Shown here piece after piece: positions 26,865-36,102 of a stretch of DNA of 64,000 bases (position 1 is its first letter; each line of letters starts with the position of its first letter). Source of the DNA: an uncultured Solirubrobacterales bacterium (GTDB taxonomy: Bacteria > Actinomycetota > Thermoleophilia > Solirubrobacterales > Solirubrobacteraceae); the NCBI GenBank assembly GCA_963818795.1, contig CAWFTK010000002.1, positions 504,298 through 568,297 on the forward strand, read 5' to 3'. Below the pieces are notes generated by a model that worked only from the letters and a program-made list of their open reading frames with translations, was not told the DNA's origin and did no database searches. A program made the translations under genes and the position numbers.

Positions 26865-28754
26865 TCACGCCACCGCCGCCGGCGAATCCGCATCCGGCCG
26901 CTCCTCGCCAATCTCCGCCCCGCTGAGGAGCGCCGCATAGCGCCCTCCTAGCTCCAGCAACTCGGCATGCGTCCCGCGCTCGACGATCTGCCCGCCGTCG
27001 AGCACCAGGATCTGGTCGGCGTCGCGGATCGTCGAGAGGCGATGCGCGATCGCGATCGTCGTGCGCCCGCGGCTGAGGTCGTCGAGCGCGACCTGCACTG
27101 CGCGCTCGGTCTCGGTGTCCAGCGCCGAGGTCGCCTCGTCGAGGATCAGCACCGGCGGGTTGCGCAGCACCGTGCGCGCGATCGCGATGCGCTGCTTCTC
27201 ACCGCCCGAGAAGCGGTAGCCGCGCTCGCCGACCGGCGTGTCATAGCCCTCCGGCAGCGAGGCGATCAGCTCGTGGATCTGCGCCGCGCGCGCCGCCGCT
27301 TCGATCTCCTCATCGCTGGCCTGCGGACACGCGAAGCGCAGGTTCTCGCGGATCGAGGCGTGAAACAGGTAGGTCTCCTGCGAGACCAGCCCGACCGTCG
27401 CCGCGAGCGACTCCAGCGTGATGTCGCGGATGTCCACGCCGTCGATGCTCACGCAGCCCCGCTCGGTCTCGTACAGGCGCGCGACGAGGTACGCGAGCGT
27501 CGTCTTGCCCGAGCCGGTCTCGCCGACGAGCGCCGTGCGCGTGCCCGCGGGGATCTCGGCGTCGATGCCGCTGAGCGTCCACGGCCCGTCGGGCGCGTAG
27601 CGGAACGAGACGTTCTCCAAGCGCACATCGCCGCGCACGTCGCTGAGGGTGCGCGCGTCGGGGCGCTGCACGATGTCGACCGGCAGGTCGAGATACTCGA
27701 AGATGCGCCCGAACAGCGCCATCGAGGTCTGCACTTCGAGCCCCACCGAAAGCAGCGACTGCATCGGGAACAGCAGGCGCGTCTGCAGCGTCGTGAACGC
27801 GACGATCGTCCCGATCGAGAGTGCGTGGTTGCCGTGCGCGATCGTATAGCCGCCGAACCAGTAGACCGCCGCCGGCATGATCGCGAAGCTCATCTGCACC
27901 GAGGCCATTCGCCAGCGGCCCGCCATCCGCGCGCGGACCTCCAGGTCGGCCAGCTGGCTGGACTCGCCCGAGAAGCGCTCGACGAGCTCCGCCGAGCGGC
28001 CCATCGTCTTGCCGAGCAGGATGCCGGAAACTGACAGCGACTCCTCGACGAGCGTCGACATGTCCGCGAGGCGCCCCTGGCGCACCGACTGGATGCGACG
28101 GCGCTCGTTGCCGACGCGCCGCGTGAGCCACACAAAGAACGGCAGCAGGAACAGCGAGAAGATCGTCAGCTCCCAGCTCAGCGCGAGCATCGCCACGAGC
28201 GTCGCCGTGACCGTCGTCACCGTCGAGACCGTCGAGGTCGCGGTGCTCGTCACGACGTCGTCGATGCCGCCGATGTCGTAGGCGATCCGCGACTGCACCT
28301 CGCCGGAGCGCGTGCGCGTGAAGAACGCCAGCGACATCCGCTGCAGGTGCGCGTAGACCGCGGCGCGCAAGTCGTGCATCACCCGCTGGCCGACCTGGTT
28401 TGAGATCAGCGTCTGCACGACGCCGAAGACGCCGCTGACAATCGACACCGCGATCATCCCGCCGACCAGCAGCGAGAGCAGTTGGATGTTGTGCTGCGGG
28501 ATTGCTTTGTCGATCACACCGCGCAGCAGGAACGGCGAGACGACGCTCAGCAGCGAGGTCAGGCAGATCAGTCCCAGCAGGCCGCCGAGCCGCGCGCGAT
28601 AGGGCCTAAACAGCCGCGCGACGCGACGCAGGGATACGGGATCCCCGCCCGCCCCATCGGGAAGATCCTCGGGGCGCTGGCCGATCTTCGATCGGTCTTT
28701 GCGCCGGCCGCCGCTGCGCCCTTCGCCGCCGCCGCGTTCTCCGTGGGAGGCCAT
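26865..28754 (-). CDS. ABC exporter, fused permease/ATPase (MsbA/MdlB-like)
   Basis: Six-TM ABC_membrane region, Walker A GETGSGKTT, signature FSGGEKQR, Walker B ILILDEATSALD. ATG at 28754. Confidence 0.9.
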   Translation of the reverse strand: MASHGERGGGEGRSGGRRKDRSKIGQRPEDLPDGAGGDPVSLRRVARLFRPYRARLGGLLGLICLTSLLSVVSPFLLRGVIDKAIPQHNIQLLSLLVGGMIAVSIVSGVFGVVQTLISNQVGQRVMHDLRAAVYAHLQRMSLAFFTRTRSGEVQSRIAYDIGGIDDVVTSTATSTVSTVTTVTATLVAMLALSWELTIFSLFLLPFFVWLTRRVGNERRRIQSVRQGRLADMSTLVEESLSVSGILLGKTMGRSAELVERFSGESSQLADLEVRARMAGRWRMASVQMSFAIMPAAVYWFGGYTIAHGNHALSIGTIVAFTTLQTRLLFPMQSLLSVGLEVQTSMALFGRIFEYLDLPVDIVQRPDARTLSDVRGDVRLENVSFRYAPDGPWTLSGIDAEIPAGTRTALVGETGSGKTTLAYLVARLYETERGCVSIDGVDIRDITLESLAATVGLVSQETYLFHASIRENLRFACPQASDEEIEAAARAAQIHELIASLPEGYDTPVGERGYRFSGGEKQRIAIARTVLRNPPVLILDEATSALDTETERAVQVALDDLSRGRTTIAIAHRLSTIRDADQILVLDGGQIVERGTHAELLELGGRYAALLSGAEIGEERPDADSPAAVA

Positions 28755-28794
28755 CGGCACGACTGTATCGTCGCGCGCACTAGGGTTAAGGGCC

Positions 28795-29583
28795 GTGAAC
28801 CTCTCCGCTTCAGAGACCCGCGTGCTGGGCTGCCTGCTCGAAAAGCAGCGCACGACCCCCGATCAATACCCGCTGAGCCTCAACGCGCTGCGCCTCGCCT
28901 GCAACCAGTCGACCAACCGCGACCCCGTCGTCGAGTACGACGAGGCGATCCTGCGCGACGCGCTGCACCGCCTCGAGCGCCGCGGCTACACGCGCTACGC
29001 CAGCGGCGCCGGCAGCCGCACACCGAAGTACCGCCACCTGCTCGCCGAAGCGCTGCCGATGGCCGAGGACGAACAGGCCGTGATCTGCGTGTTGATGCTG
29101 CGCGGGCCGCAGACCCCCGGCGAGCTCAAGCAGCGCGCCGATCGCATGCACCCCTTCGTCGAGCTCGGCGCCGTGCACGAGACGCTCGAGCGGCTGATCG
29201 CACGCGAGCTTGTCGCCTGCCTCGGGCGCCGGCCCGGTCAGAAGGAGGACCGCTACGCGCAGCTGCTGCAGGAAGCCGAGGAGGGGGGAGGCGAGCGGCA
29301 GTCGCAGGCCCCGTGGGGGCCGCCCGCCGCGGCCGGCGTGTCTGCCCCCGCAGGTGAGCCCGGCCTCCCCGATCAGCCCGGCCTCGCTGACCAGTCCGCT
29401 GCTGCTGGCCAGCCCGGTTCGATCGGTGCTCCCGCCGCGCGCGAGCAGGCCACCTTTGCACCGTCCGCTGCGGCCCCCGCCACGGCGGCCATGGAGCAGC
29501 TCGAGCAACGCGTCGCCCACCTGGAGCGCGAGCTCGCCGAGCTGCGCGCCGCGCTCCGCGAGCCCGTGGGGTCCGAGCGATGA
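28795..29583 (+). CDS. YceH/DUF480 family protein with a Pro/Gly/Gln-rich linker and a C-terminal coiled coil
   Basis: LSASETRVLGCLLEKQRTTPDQYPLSLNAL..ACNQSTNRDPVV, a DUF480 signature. GTG at 28795. Confidence 0.75.
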   Translation: MNLSASETRVLGCLLEKQRTTPDQYPLSLNALRLACNQSTNRDPVVEYDEAILRDALHRLERRGYTRYASGAGSRTPKYRHLLAEALPMAEDEQAVICVLMLRGPQTPGELKQRADRMHPFVELGAVHETLERLIARELVACLGRRPGQKEDRYAQLLQEAEEGGGERQSQAPWGPPAAAGVSAPAGEPGLPDQPGLADQSAAAGQPGSIGAPAAREQATFAPSAAAPATAAMEQLEQRVAHLERELAELRAALREPVGSER

Positions 29584-30353
29584 CACACGCGCTGCTGCTC
29601 GCCGCCAGCTCCAGCGGCGATACCGCGACCGGCGTCGGCATCCCGCTGGCGATCGCCGCGGGGCTTGTCTCATTTCTCTCGCCGTGCGTGCTGCCACTGG
29701 TGCCGGGCTATCTCTCGACCGTGATCGGCGTCGCGCCCGCGGACATCGAGAGCGCCGGCACGCGGCGCGTGCTGGTGCCGAGCCTGCTATTCATCGCGAG
29801 CTTCTCAGCGATCTTCATCCTGCTCGGTCTCACCGCGACCCAGCTCGGATCGCTGCTGAACGACCACATCGCGACCCTGCGCACCATCGGCGGCGTGCTG
29901 ATCCTGTTGATGGGCGTCGCGTTCCTCGCGACGCCGTTCGTCGACGCGCTGAACTTCCAGTGGCACTCCGAGTCGCTGATGCGGCTCGCCGGGCGCGGCG
30001 GGCCACTGCTCGCAGGGGCCGCGTTCGCGATCGCGTGGACGCCGTGCACGAGCATCACGCTCGGCGCGATCCTCACGCAGGCCGCGGTCTCCGACTCGGC
30101 CGCACACGGCGCGCTGCTGCTGGCCTTCTACTCCGCGGGTCTCGCGATCCCGTTCCTACTGATCGCGCTCGCCTTCGAGCGCATGACCGACGCGCTTGCC
30201 GTCGTCAAGCGCCATTTCCCCGTGATCGTCGGTGTTGGTGGCGCGGTGATGATCGCGCTCGGGCTGCTGATATTGACGGGCGAGTTCACGATCCTCAACG
30301 CCAAGGCCAACGCGCTGCTTCAGGGCACCGGGTTGGACGTCTCGAGTATCTGA
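29580..30353 (+). CDS. ccdA: cytochrome c biogenesis/thiol-disulfide transporter CcdA (DsbD-like TM domain)
   Basis: FLSPCVLPLVPGYLS and AWTPC motifs. ATGA overlap with the upstream gene. Confidence 0.85.
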   Translation: MTHALLLAASSSGDTATGVGIPLAIAAGLVSFLSPCVLPLVPGYLSTVIGVAPADIESAGTRRVLVPSLLFIASFSAIFILLGLTATQLGSLLNDHIATLRTIGGVLILLMGVAFLATPFVDALNFQWHSESLMRLAGRGGPLLAGAAFAIAWTPCTSITLGAILTQAAVSDSAAHGALLLAFYSAGLAIPFLLIALAFERMTDALAVVKRHFPVIVGVGGAVMIALGLLILTGEFTILNAKANALLQGTGLDVSSI

Positions 30354-30396
30354 GTGTTCGCTGGGTGGGCGGCGCCCCTCCAAGGCGCAGCGGACG

Positions 30397-30789
30397 CTAC
30401 GCGGGCTCGGCGACTTCGACTCCCAGCGCTCGCGCCACGCTGGCGAGGCGAGCGTCGTAGCAGTACACACGCTCGATGTCCTCGCTGAAGCTCAGGATCG
30501 TCGCGAGGTGCAGAGCGTCCAGCGAGCGCAGCTCAGCGGGTTCGAGCGCGCCCGCTAGCTCGATGATCGGCTCGTCGAGCGCGAGCAGCGTGATCGTCCT
30601 CAGAGCCGCGGCGGCACGAGCGCGGGCGAGCTTGCCGTAGCGGCGCGCGGCGCGCCGCCCCTCGACCGACAGCAGGACGCTGCTAATCAGCTCGGTCTCG
30701 GCGCCGCGAAGCGCGTCCCGCAGCGCGGGGCTCTCGGGCTCGGAGCGCACGAGCTTGATGAAGGCGGAGGTGTCGAGATAGGCGGGCAA
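30397..30789 (-). CDS. vapC: PIN-domain toxin VapC
   Basis: YLDTSAFIKL (first acidic residue), SLDALHLATI. The TTG start at 30789 lies 4 nt after the antitoxin stop. Confidence 0.7.
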   Translation of the reverse strand: MPAYLDTSAFIKLVRSEPESPALRDALRGAETELISSVLLSVEGRRAARRYGKLARARAAAALRTITLLALDEPIIELAGALEPAELRSLDALHLATILSFSEDIERVYCYDARLASVARALGVEVAEPA

Positions 30790-30793
30790 GCGC

Positions 30794-31081
30794 CTACAGG
30801 CGCTCGCCGCGAAGCTCGTCGAGTACCGCCGCGGACGGCGGGCCGGGGATCGTCCTGGGCAGCTCCTCCAACGCGTCGAGCAGATTGCCCTGACCGCGCC
30901 TTGCGCCGCGCTCGGCGACGAGCCTGTCGATCGCCGAGGCTCTCCCCGGCGCCGGGGAGAGCTGGGCAACGGCCTGCCCGCGATCGGTGATCACGAACGA
31001 CTCCCCGTGCTTTGCCCGGTGCGTGTAGCGACTCAGGTTCTGGCGCATCTCGCGAATACCGACAACCTCCATGTGCGTCAT
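30794..31081 (-). CDS. vapB: Phd/YefM-type antitoxin
   Basis: VVGIREMRQNLSRYTHRAKHGESFVITDRGQAVAQL, a Phd/YefM N-terminal fold. Confidence 0.7.
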   Translation of the reverse strand: MTHMEVVGIREMRQNLSRYTHRAKHGESFVITDRGQAVAQLSPAPGRASAIDRLVAERGARRGQGNLLDALEELPRTIPGPPSAAVLDELRGERL

Positions 31082-31165
31082 TGTAGCGCCGGGCGAGGCC
31101 CTTTAGATTCCCGGCTCCGCTGCCGATCTCTCTGGAGCAAACATCGTACGAGAGGATCTCCGCGC

Positions 31166-32107
31166 ATGGCCACACAGACGCTCGAGAAGTGCCGCCTAGT
31201 TACTCGTAGCGACTTCGACGGTTTGGTTTGCGCTGCGCTGTTGAAAGAGCTCGGGATGCTCGACGCGATCAAGTTCGTGCACCCCAAGGACGTGCAGGAC
31301 GGCCTGGTCGAGCTCACCGATCGCGACATCACGACCAACCTGCCCTACTCGCCCGGCGTGCGTCTGGCCTTCGACCATCACGGCAGCGAGACGCTGCGCG
31401 TCGCGGGCCACCCGGAGAACCACGTGATCATCCCCGACGCGCGCTCGGCGGCCCGTGTCGTGTACGACTACTTCGGCGGCGCCGAGCAGTTCCCGCGAGT
31501 GCCCGAGCAGCTGATGCAGGCCGTCGACAAGGCCGACAGCGCGATGTTCTCACTGCAGGAGATCGAGCATCCGAGCGGCTGGGTGCTGCTCAACTTCCTG
31601 ATGGACCCGCGAACCGGGCTCGGTCGCTTCCGCGAGTTCCGCGTCTCGAACTACCAGCTGATGATGATGCTCGTCGACGTCTGCCTGGAGCGCACGGCCG
31701 AGGAGATCCTCGAGCTGCCCGACGTCGCCGAACGCGTCGCGCTCTACGAGGAGCACGCCGGCGCCGCCGCGGCCCAGCTGCGCGAGCGCTCCGCAGTGCA
31801 CGGGAGCACCGTCGTCCTGGACCTGCGCGAGGACGAGCTGATCCACCCGACCAACAGGTTCATGATCTACGCGCTGAACCCGCAGTGCAACCTCTCGATT
31901 CACGTACTGTGGGGGCTGAAACGGCAGAACACGGTGTTCGCGATGGGCAAGTCGATCACGAACCGCTCGAGCGAGGTGGACGTCGGCGCGCTGATGCTCG
32001 CCTACGGCGGTGGCGGGCACCCGGCGGCCGGCACCTGCCAGGTGGCGAACGCCGACGCCGAGCGCGTGCTCGCCGAGCTGCTCGGGCACGTCGCGGCGGA
32101 CCGGTAG
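31166..32107 (+). CDS. stand-alone DHH/DHHA1 family phosphoesterase
   Basis: SDFDGLVCAA (motif I), AFDHHGS (DHH), and the C-terminal AYGGGGHPAAGT (DHHA1 GGGH). Confidence 0.7.
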   Translation: MATQTLEKCRLVTRSDFDGLVCAALLKELGMLDAIKFVHPKDVQDGLVELTDRDITTNLPYSPGVRLAFDHHGSETLRVAGHPENHVIIPDARSAARVVYDYFGGAEQFPRVPEQLMQAVDKADSAMFSLQEIEHPSGWVLLNFLMDPRTGLGRFREFRVSNYQLMMMLVDVCLERTAEEILELPDVAERVALYEEHAGAAAAQLRERSAVHGSTVVLDLREDELIHPTNRFMIYALNPQCNLSIHVLWGLKRQNTVFAMGKSITNRSSEVDVGALMLAYGGGGHPAAGTCQVANADAERVLAELLGHVAADR

Positions 32108-32150
32108 CTCTCGCCGCGCGCTTGCAGGCCGTCGCCCTCTGAGAGCCGGC

Positions 32151-32954
32151 TCACGCGACGGGAGCGCTCTGCGAGGACCGCAGGCCCACCCGCCGCTCCC
32201 GATACCGCCGTTCCCAAGCTTCCTGGTTGCGTTTCGCGTCGCGGATGAACGGCGAGATCCCGATCGCCTTGACGATCAGCTCGTTGATCTTCGACTCGGG
32301 TGAGGGGAGCGGCCGCATGACGTCCACGAACAGCACCACCCGCGTCTCCTCGGTGTCGTTCCAGACCTCGTGGTTGAAGGTGTCGTCGAAGATCATCGAC
32401 TTGCCGGCCTCCCAGTGGCGAATGTCCTCGCCGACCCGGATGCGGCAGCTCTCGGCGTCCTGCGGCACGATCAGCCCGAGGTGGTAGCGCAGCACGCCCT
32501 TGTAGGGGCCGCGGTGGTCGAGGATGTGCTTGTGTGGCGAGAGGATCGAGAACATCGCCGTCGTCATCCCCGGGATTTCGCGCATTAGCGCCGCCGTGCG
32601 CGGGCACATCTCGACGCCGAGCTGCGCCTCGAACCCGTAGCCGTAAAGGAAGAACGTCTTCCAGTCATCGTCGTCGGTGATCTCGATCTGGTCCTTGGAG
32701 ATGTCCTGAAAGTTCGGTAGCGCCTCACGGTCGGCGAGCACGGCTTGCAGCTCCTGCAGGATCACCTCCCAGTGCTCCTCGACGCGCGCGACCCACGGGA
32801 AGCGCTCCAGCTCGAAGAACGTCGCGTCGCCGACGAGCGAGCGTCTGCCGATGAAGCGCTCGATCGGCGCGAGGATCCGTTCGCCTGCCGCGATCGTCCA
32901 CTGGACGACGCGATCCCATACTGACTTCTCCGAGGCTACCGGCACGACTCGCAT
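32151..32954 (-). CDS. aspartyl/asparaginyl beta-hydroxylase family (2OG-Fe dioxygenase, LpxO-like)
   Basis: ILSPHKHILDHRGPYKGVLRYHLGLIVP...IFDDTFNHEVWN, an Asp_Arg_Hydrox signature. Probable ATG at 32954. Confidence 0.85.
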   Translation of the reverse strand: MRVVPVASEKSVWDRVVQWTIAAGERILAPIERFIGRRSLVGDATFFELERFPWVARVEEHWEVILQELQAVLADREALPNFQDISKDQIEITDDDDWKTFFLYGYGFEAQLGVEMCPRTAALMREIPGMTTAMFSILSPHKHILDHRGPYKGVLRYHLGLIVPQDAESCRIRVGEDIRHWEAGKSMIFDDTFNHEVWNDTEETRVVLFVDVMRPLPSPESKINELIVKAIGISPFIRDAKRNQEAWERRYRERRVGLRSSQSAPVA

Positions 32955-33038
32955 CTTAATAAAGCCTCGGTCGACTCCCGGTCGATGCACGACCAGGGAG
33001 TGATTGCCAAAAGTAGAATAGTATTTGCCTCTCGAACA

Positions 33039-34187
33039 ATGGCTGCGATAACGGGTTCCAGCACGTCCGCGAAGATTGCCATCTTTGTACTCGGCGCCCT
33101 GGCCCTGCTTGGTGTGCTCGCGATGTTCGGAGTCGTGCCCATCAGCCTCAACGAATCGCAGGCGGCGGATAAGCCCCTGCCCGAAGCCGACACGCCGCCG
33201 ATCGAGTTCGCCTACCTCGACTCGCTGCGCGCCGACGCATATCTGGGCCAGGCAGAGGGTGGGCTTGCCGACAGCGAACAGCGCTCTGAACAGCTCACCG
33301 ACTCGATCAATGCCAGCGTCTCAATCGGCGGCACTGGCCAGGTGGGCGGCTCACAGCAGACACAGTTGAGCACCGTCGCGACCGTTACGCCACAGGCCGC
33401 TGACCGCTTCTACACGCTGTTGCGCCGCCTGCGCGAGGGCGGCGAGGCCAACTACCGAAAGCCGAGCACCTGCAACGGGGAAAGGTCCACGCACTGGCTG
33501 GGAGACGTCAATGATGAGGACGGTGCCTCGGAAGTCATGGACGAGGTGCAGTGCATTGGAGTGGGCAACTTTATCCGCATTCGCCATGCACAGCTGTTCC
33601 TGCCGCCATTCGCGCAAGCACTGCCGCGGGTTCAGAGTGCCAACGCGTTCTTCGGCGCGCTGCCCGCTCCGCGCACCGCGTTTACCTCACCGACGCAGTC
33701 GGTCGCGGTCACCGCGGCGCTGCACGGCTACGCCCAGCAGATCGGCGCCGACCCGAGGATGCCCTTCGTGGCGGCGCCCTACGGCGCCAACGAGCAGGTC
33801 GGCCGTGGGGTGACGTTCTTCCTGCCCGCCGGCTATCGCGGGATCACCTCCGAGCCGAGCCTGCTCAGTGGATCGGTGACGATCGTCGGCGAGCTCGTCT
33901 ACAGTGCCGGCGCCGGCGCCCCTTACATCGACTACCCGACCGTCGACGCCTTCGGGCGGGCGCTGCTGGACGCCAAGCCGGCGCTGCGCACCGATCTCGG
34001 GGTCTGCGCGAAGGCCCCGCCCTTGCGGAGCATCCCCAAAAGCACTGCGCTAGCGGCGCCGACGCCGAGCGCCGCCGCTCGGACGGCTCGCTGCACATCC
34101 GAGCAGCAGACGCTAACCGACGTGCGCAAATCGGTGACCTTCAAGCCTCCGATTGTCGTCGTCTTACCGCTGGCTATCTATGAGTGA
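33039..34187 (+). CDS. hypothetical N-terminally membrane-anchored extracytoplasmic protein
   Basis: 382 aa. TM anchor IAIFVLGALALLGVLAMFGVV, ordinary composition, no family recognised. Confidence 0.55.
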   Translation: MAAITGSSTSAKIAIFVLGALALLGVLAMFGVVPISLNESQAADKPLPEADTPPIEFAYLDSLRADAYLGQAEGGLADSEQRSEQLTDSINASVSIGGTGQVGGSQQTQLSTVATVTPQAADRFYTLLRRLREGGEANYRKPSTCNGERSTHWLGDVNDEDGASEVMDEVQCIGVGNFIRIRHAQLFLPPFAQALPRVQSANAFFGALPAPRTAFTSPTQSVAVTAALHGYAQQIGADPRMPFVAAPYGANEQVGRGVTFFLPAGYRGITSEPSLLSGSVTIVGELVYSAGAGAPYIDYPTVDAFGRALLDAKPALRTDLGVCAKAPPLRSIPKSTALAAPTPSAAARTARCTSEQQTLTDVRKSVTFKPPIVVVLPLAIYE

Positions 34188-34210
34188 GTTGTCTTGGCGG
34201 CGTTCGTAGC

Positions 34211-35185
34211 TCAGGCAGCCTCGCGCAGCGCCGCCAACTCAGGCGACTCGGCGAGCTTCTTCAGCGCGCGCTGCTCGAGCTGCGAGGCGCGCTCCGCGGA
34301 GAACCCGAGGCGCTTGCCGATCGCGGTCAGCGTCTGGGGCTCCTCGCGGCCGGTGCCGAAGCGCAGCGTCAGAACGGTGCGCTCCGTGTCGGGCAGCGAG
34401 GCGATTGCGCGGTGCACGAGGCGCTCGCGCTCGTTCTCGTAGGCGGTCTCCTCCGGCGGCTCCTGATCGGAGGGCAGCAGGTCGCCGAGCGCGGTGTCGC
34501 CGTCTTCGCCGACCTGCTGGTCGAGACTCACGAGCGCCGCGCGCTGGTGGCGCACTTCCTCGACCTGCTCGAGCTCCAGCCCGGTCTCGGTCGCGATCTC
34601 CTCGGCCGTCGGCTCACGCCCCAGCCGCACGGAGAGCTCGCGCTCGACGCGGCCCACCTTGCGGGTGCGCTGCGCGACGTGCACCGGCAGGCGGATCGTG
34701 CGGCCCGAGTTCTCAAGGCCGCGCTGGATCGCCTGGCGAATCCACAGCGTCGCGTAGGTCGAGAAGCGAAAGCCCTTGCGCCAGTCGAACTTCTCGCTCG
34801 CGCGGATCAGGCCGAGCATGCCCTCCTGGACGAGGTCCGCGAGCGGCAGGCCCTGGTTCTGGTAGCGCCGCGCGTTGGACGCGACGAGGCGCAGGTTGGA
34901 GTTGACGAGCAGTTCCTTGGCGTGCAGGTCGCCGCGCTCGATTCGCTGCGCCAGTTCGATCTCCTGATGCGGGGTGAGCAGCGGGTAGCGCCGCGAGTGC
35001 GCGAGCAGCTGGTCGACGGACTCCGGGATGAAGCTCTCCGCGGCCGCGACCGGGCGTGCGCGCAGCGCCGCCTCCGCGCGAGCGGCGCGCTCGTCGTAGA
35101 CCGGATCGAGCGTCGCGGCGGGCGCGGCGGGGTCGATCGTGTCAAGTGTGTCTAGAGTGGTGATCTGGTGCTTGGTGTCTGACAT
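34211..35185 (-). CDS. sigma-70 family RNA polymerase sigma factor (group 1/2 type, regions 1.2-4 present)
   Basis: NLRLVASNARRYQNQGLPLADLVQEGMLGLIRASEKFDWRKGFRFSTYATLWIRQAI (region 2), region 3, and TLTAIGKRLGFSAERASQLEQRALKKL (region 4.2). Confidence 0.9.
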   Translation of the reverse strand: MSDTKHQITTLDTLDTIDPAAPAATLDPVYDERAARAEAALRARPVAAAESFIPESVDQLLAHSRRYPLLTPHQEIELAQRIERGDLHAKELLVNSNLRLVASNARRYQNQGLPLADLVQEGMLGLIRASEKFDWRKGFRFSTYATLWIRQAIQRGLENSGRTIRLPVHVAQRTRKVGRVERELSVRLGREPTAEEIATETGLELEQVEEVRHQRAALVSLDQQVGEDGDTALGDLLPSDQEPPEETAYENERERLVHRAIASLPDTERTVLTLRFGTGREEPQTLTAIGKRLGFSAERASQLEQRALKKLAESPELAALREAA

Positions 35186-35279
35186 GGTGCCTGGTCCTTC
35201 TAATAGAGAGCAGAGGGGCCCCGGCTCAACCGCCTTGCGGCGGCTTTCGCCACCCTCTAATCCGATGCCTGGAGTCGGA

Positions 35280-35308
35280 ATTATAGGGCACAGTAGTTGC
35301 GTTGTCAA
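35280..35308 (-). promoter_or_regulatory. consensus sigma-70 promoter for the sigma factor gene
   Basis: The minus strand reads TTGACA-17 nt (acgcaactactgtgccc)-TATAAT. The -10 hexamer ends 94 nt upstream of the ATG at 35185. Confidence 0.6.
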
Positions 35309-35581
35309 TTATTCCTGCGGTAGCGGATGTGCGCGCCAAATCGGACGACTCGTACACGCCGAGCCCCTTAGCTTGAGCCCATCTGCGGCCCGAAAGTTGC
35401 TCTACCCATAGACGCTCTACCCGGAAAGATGCTCGAATCATCCTCCCCGGGGGTTGTGAGCCTGTTATTCGCGCGCGAGCCCGATAAACCTGCGCTGTCC
35501 AAGAGCATCGGTGCGAGTCGCCCCCTGCGCGAGGCACGGGCCGTCGCAATGGCCGCTTGATCGGCTCAGGCGCGCGCGCTG

Positions 35582-36016
35582 CTATGCGGATCCAGGCGCG
35601 AGAATCGTCACCGAAGCGTCCAGCTCCGCGCTCGCCGCACCCATGTAGACGCCCTTGACCGGTGGCACATCTGCGTAGAAGCGGCCATGTCCGATCTTCA
35701 CGTGCGTCTCGTCCGCGAGCCGGCGGTTGGTGGGATCGGCACCCACCCAGACCGGCTCGGCGCGGCCTTCGCTGCCCGGCAGCAGTACCTCCAGCCACGC
35801 GTGCGTGTCCACCTCCAGCGAGTCCACACCGCCGTTCTCCGGGGCCGCCCACAGGTACCCGGAGACGTAGCGCGCCGCGATCCCCCGCCGGCGCAGCAAG
35901 ATCAGCGAGAGATGTACGAAGTCCTGGCAGACACCCGCCCCGGCCTCCAGCAGGTCGCTGACACTCGAACCCACATAGGTCGCTCCGCGGCGGTACTCGA
36001 AGCGCTCGGGAACCAT
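35582..36016 (-). pseudogene. transglutaminase-like protein, C-terminal core only (N-terminal half missing)
   Basis: GVCQDFVHL (Cys), THAWLEV (His) and ADPTN (Asp) catalytic blocks are present. Only 89 bp separate its first codon from the upstream SDR stop, so the usual N-terminal domain has no room. Confidence 0.6.
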
Positions 36017-36054
36017 CGCGCAGAGCGCACGCGGCCGCAGTCTTTGCTTTACGG

Positions 36055-36102
36055 ACCCCGCCGCGCGCGTGTGTGCGTGTGCGTACGCGCGCGCGGCGGG
36101 GT
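36055..36102. repeat. GC-rich palindromic element, copy 2 (possible terminator hairpin)
   Basis: aCCCCGCCGCGCGCG-18 nt GT/GC loop-CGCGCGCGGCGGGGt: perfect 14-bp stem sharing the stem and the a/t flanks of the copy at 8718-8749. Confidence 0.6.

Noticed and set aside
26967-28034. 355-aa plus-strand ORF.
   Set aside because: It is antisense to the ABC exporter (Walker A/B and signature motifs lie on the minus strand).
34184-35155. 323-aa plus-strand ORF.
   Set aside because: It is antisense to the sigma-70 gene, whose regions 2-4 are unmistakable. Its composition is Leu/Arg/Ala-rich without motifs.
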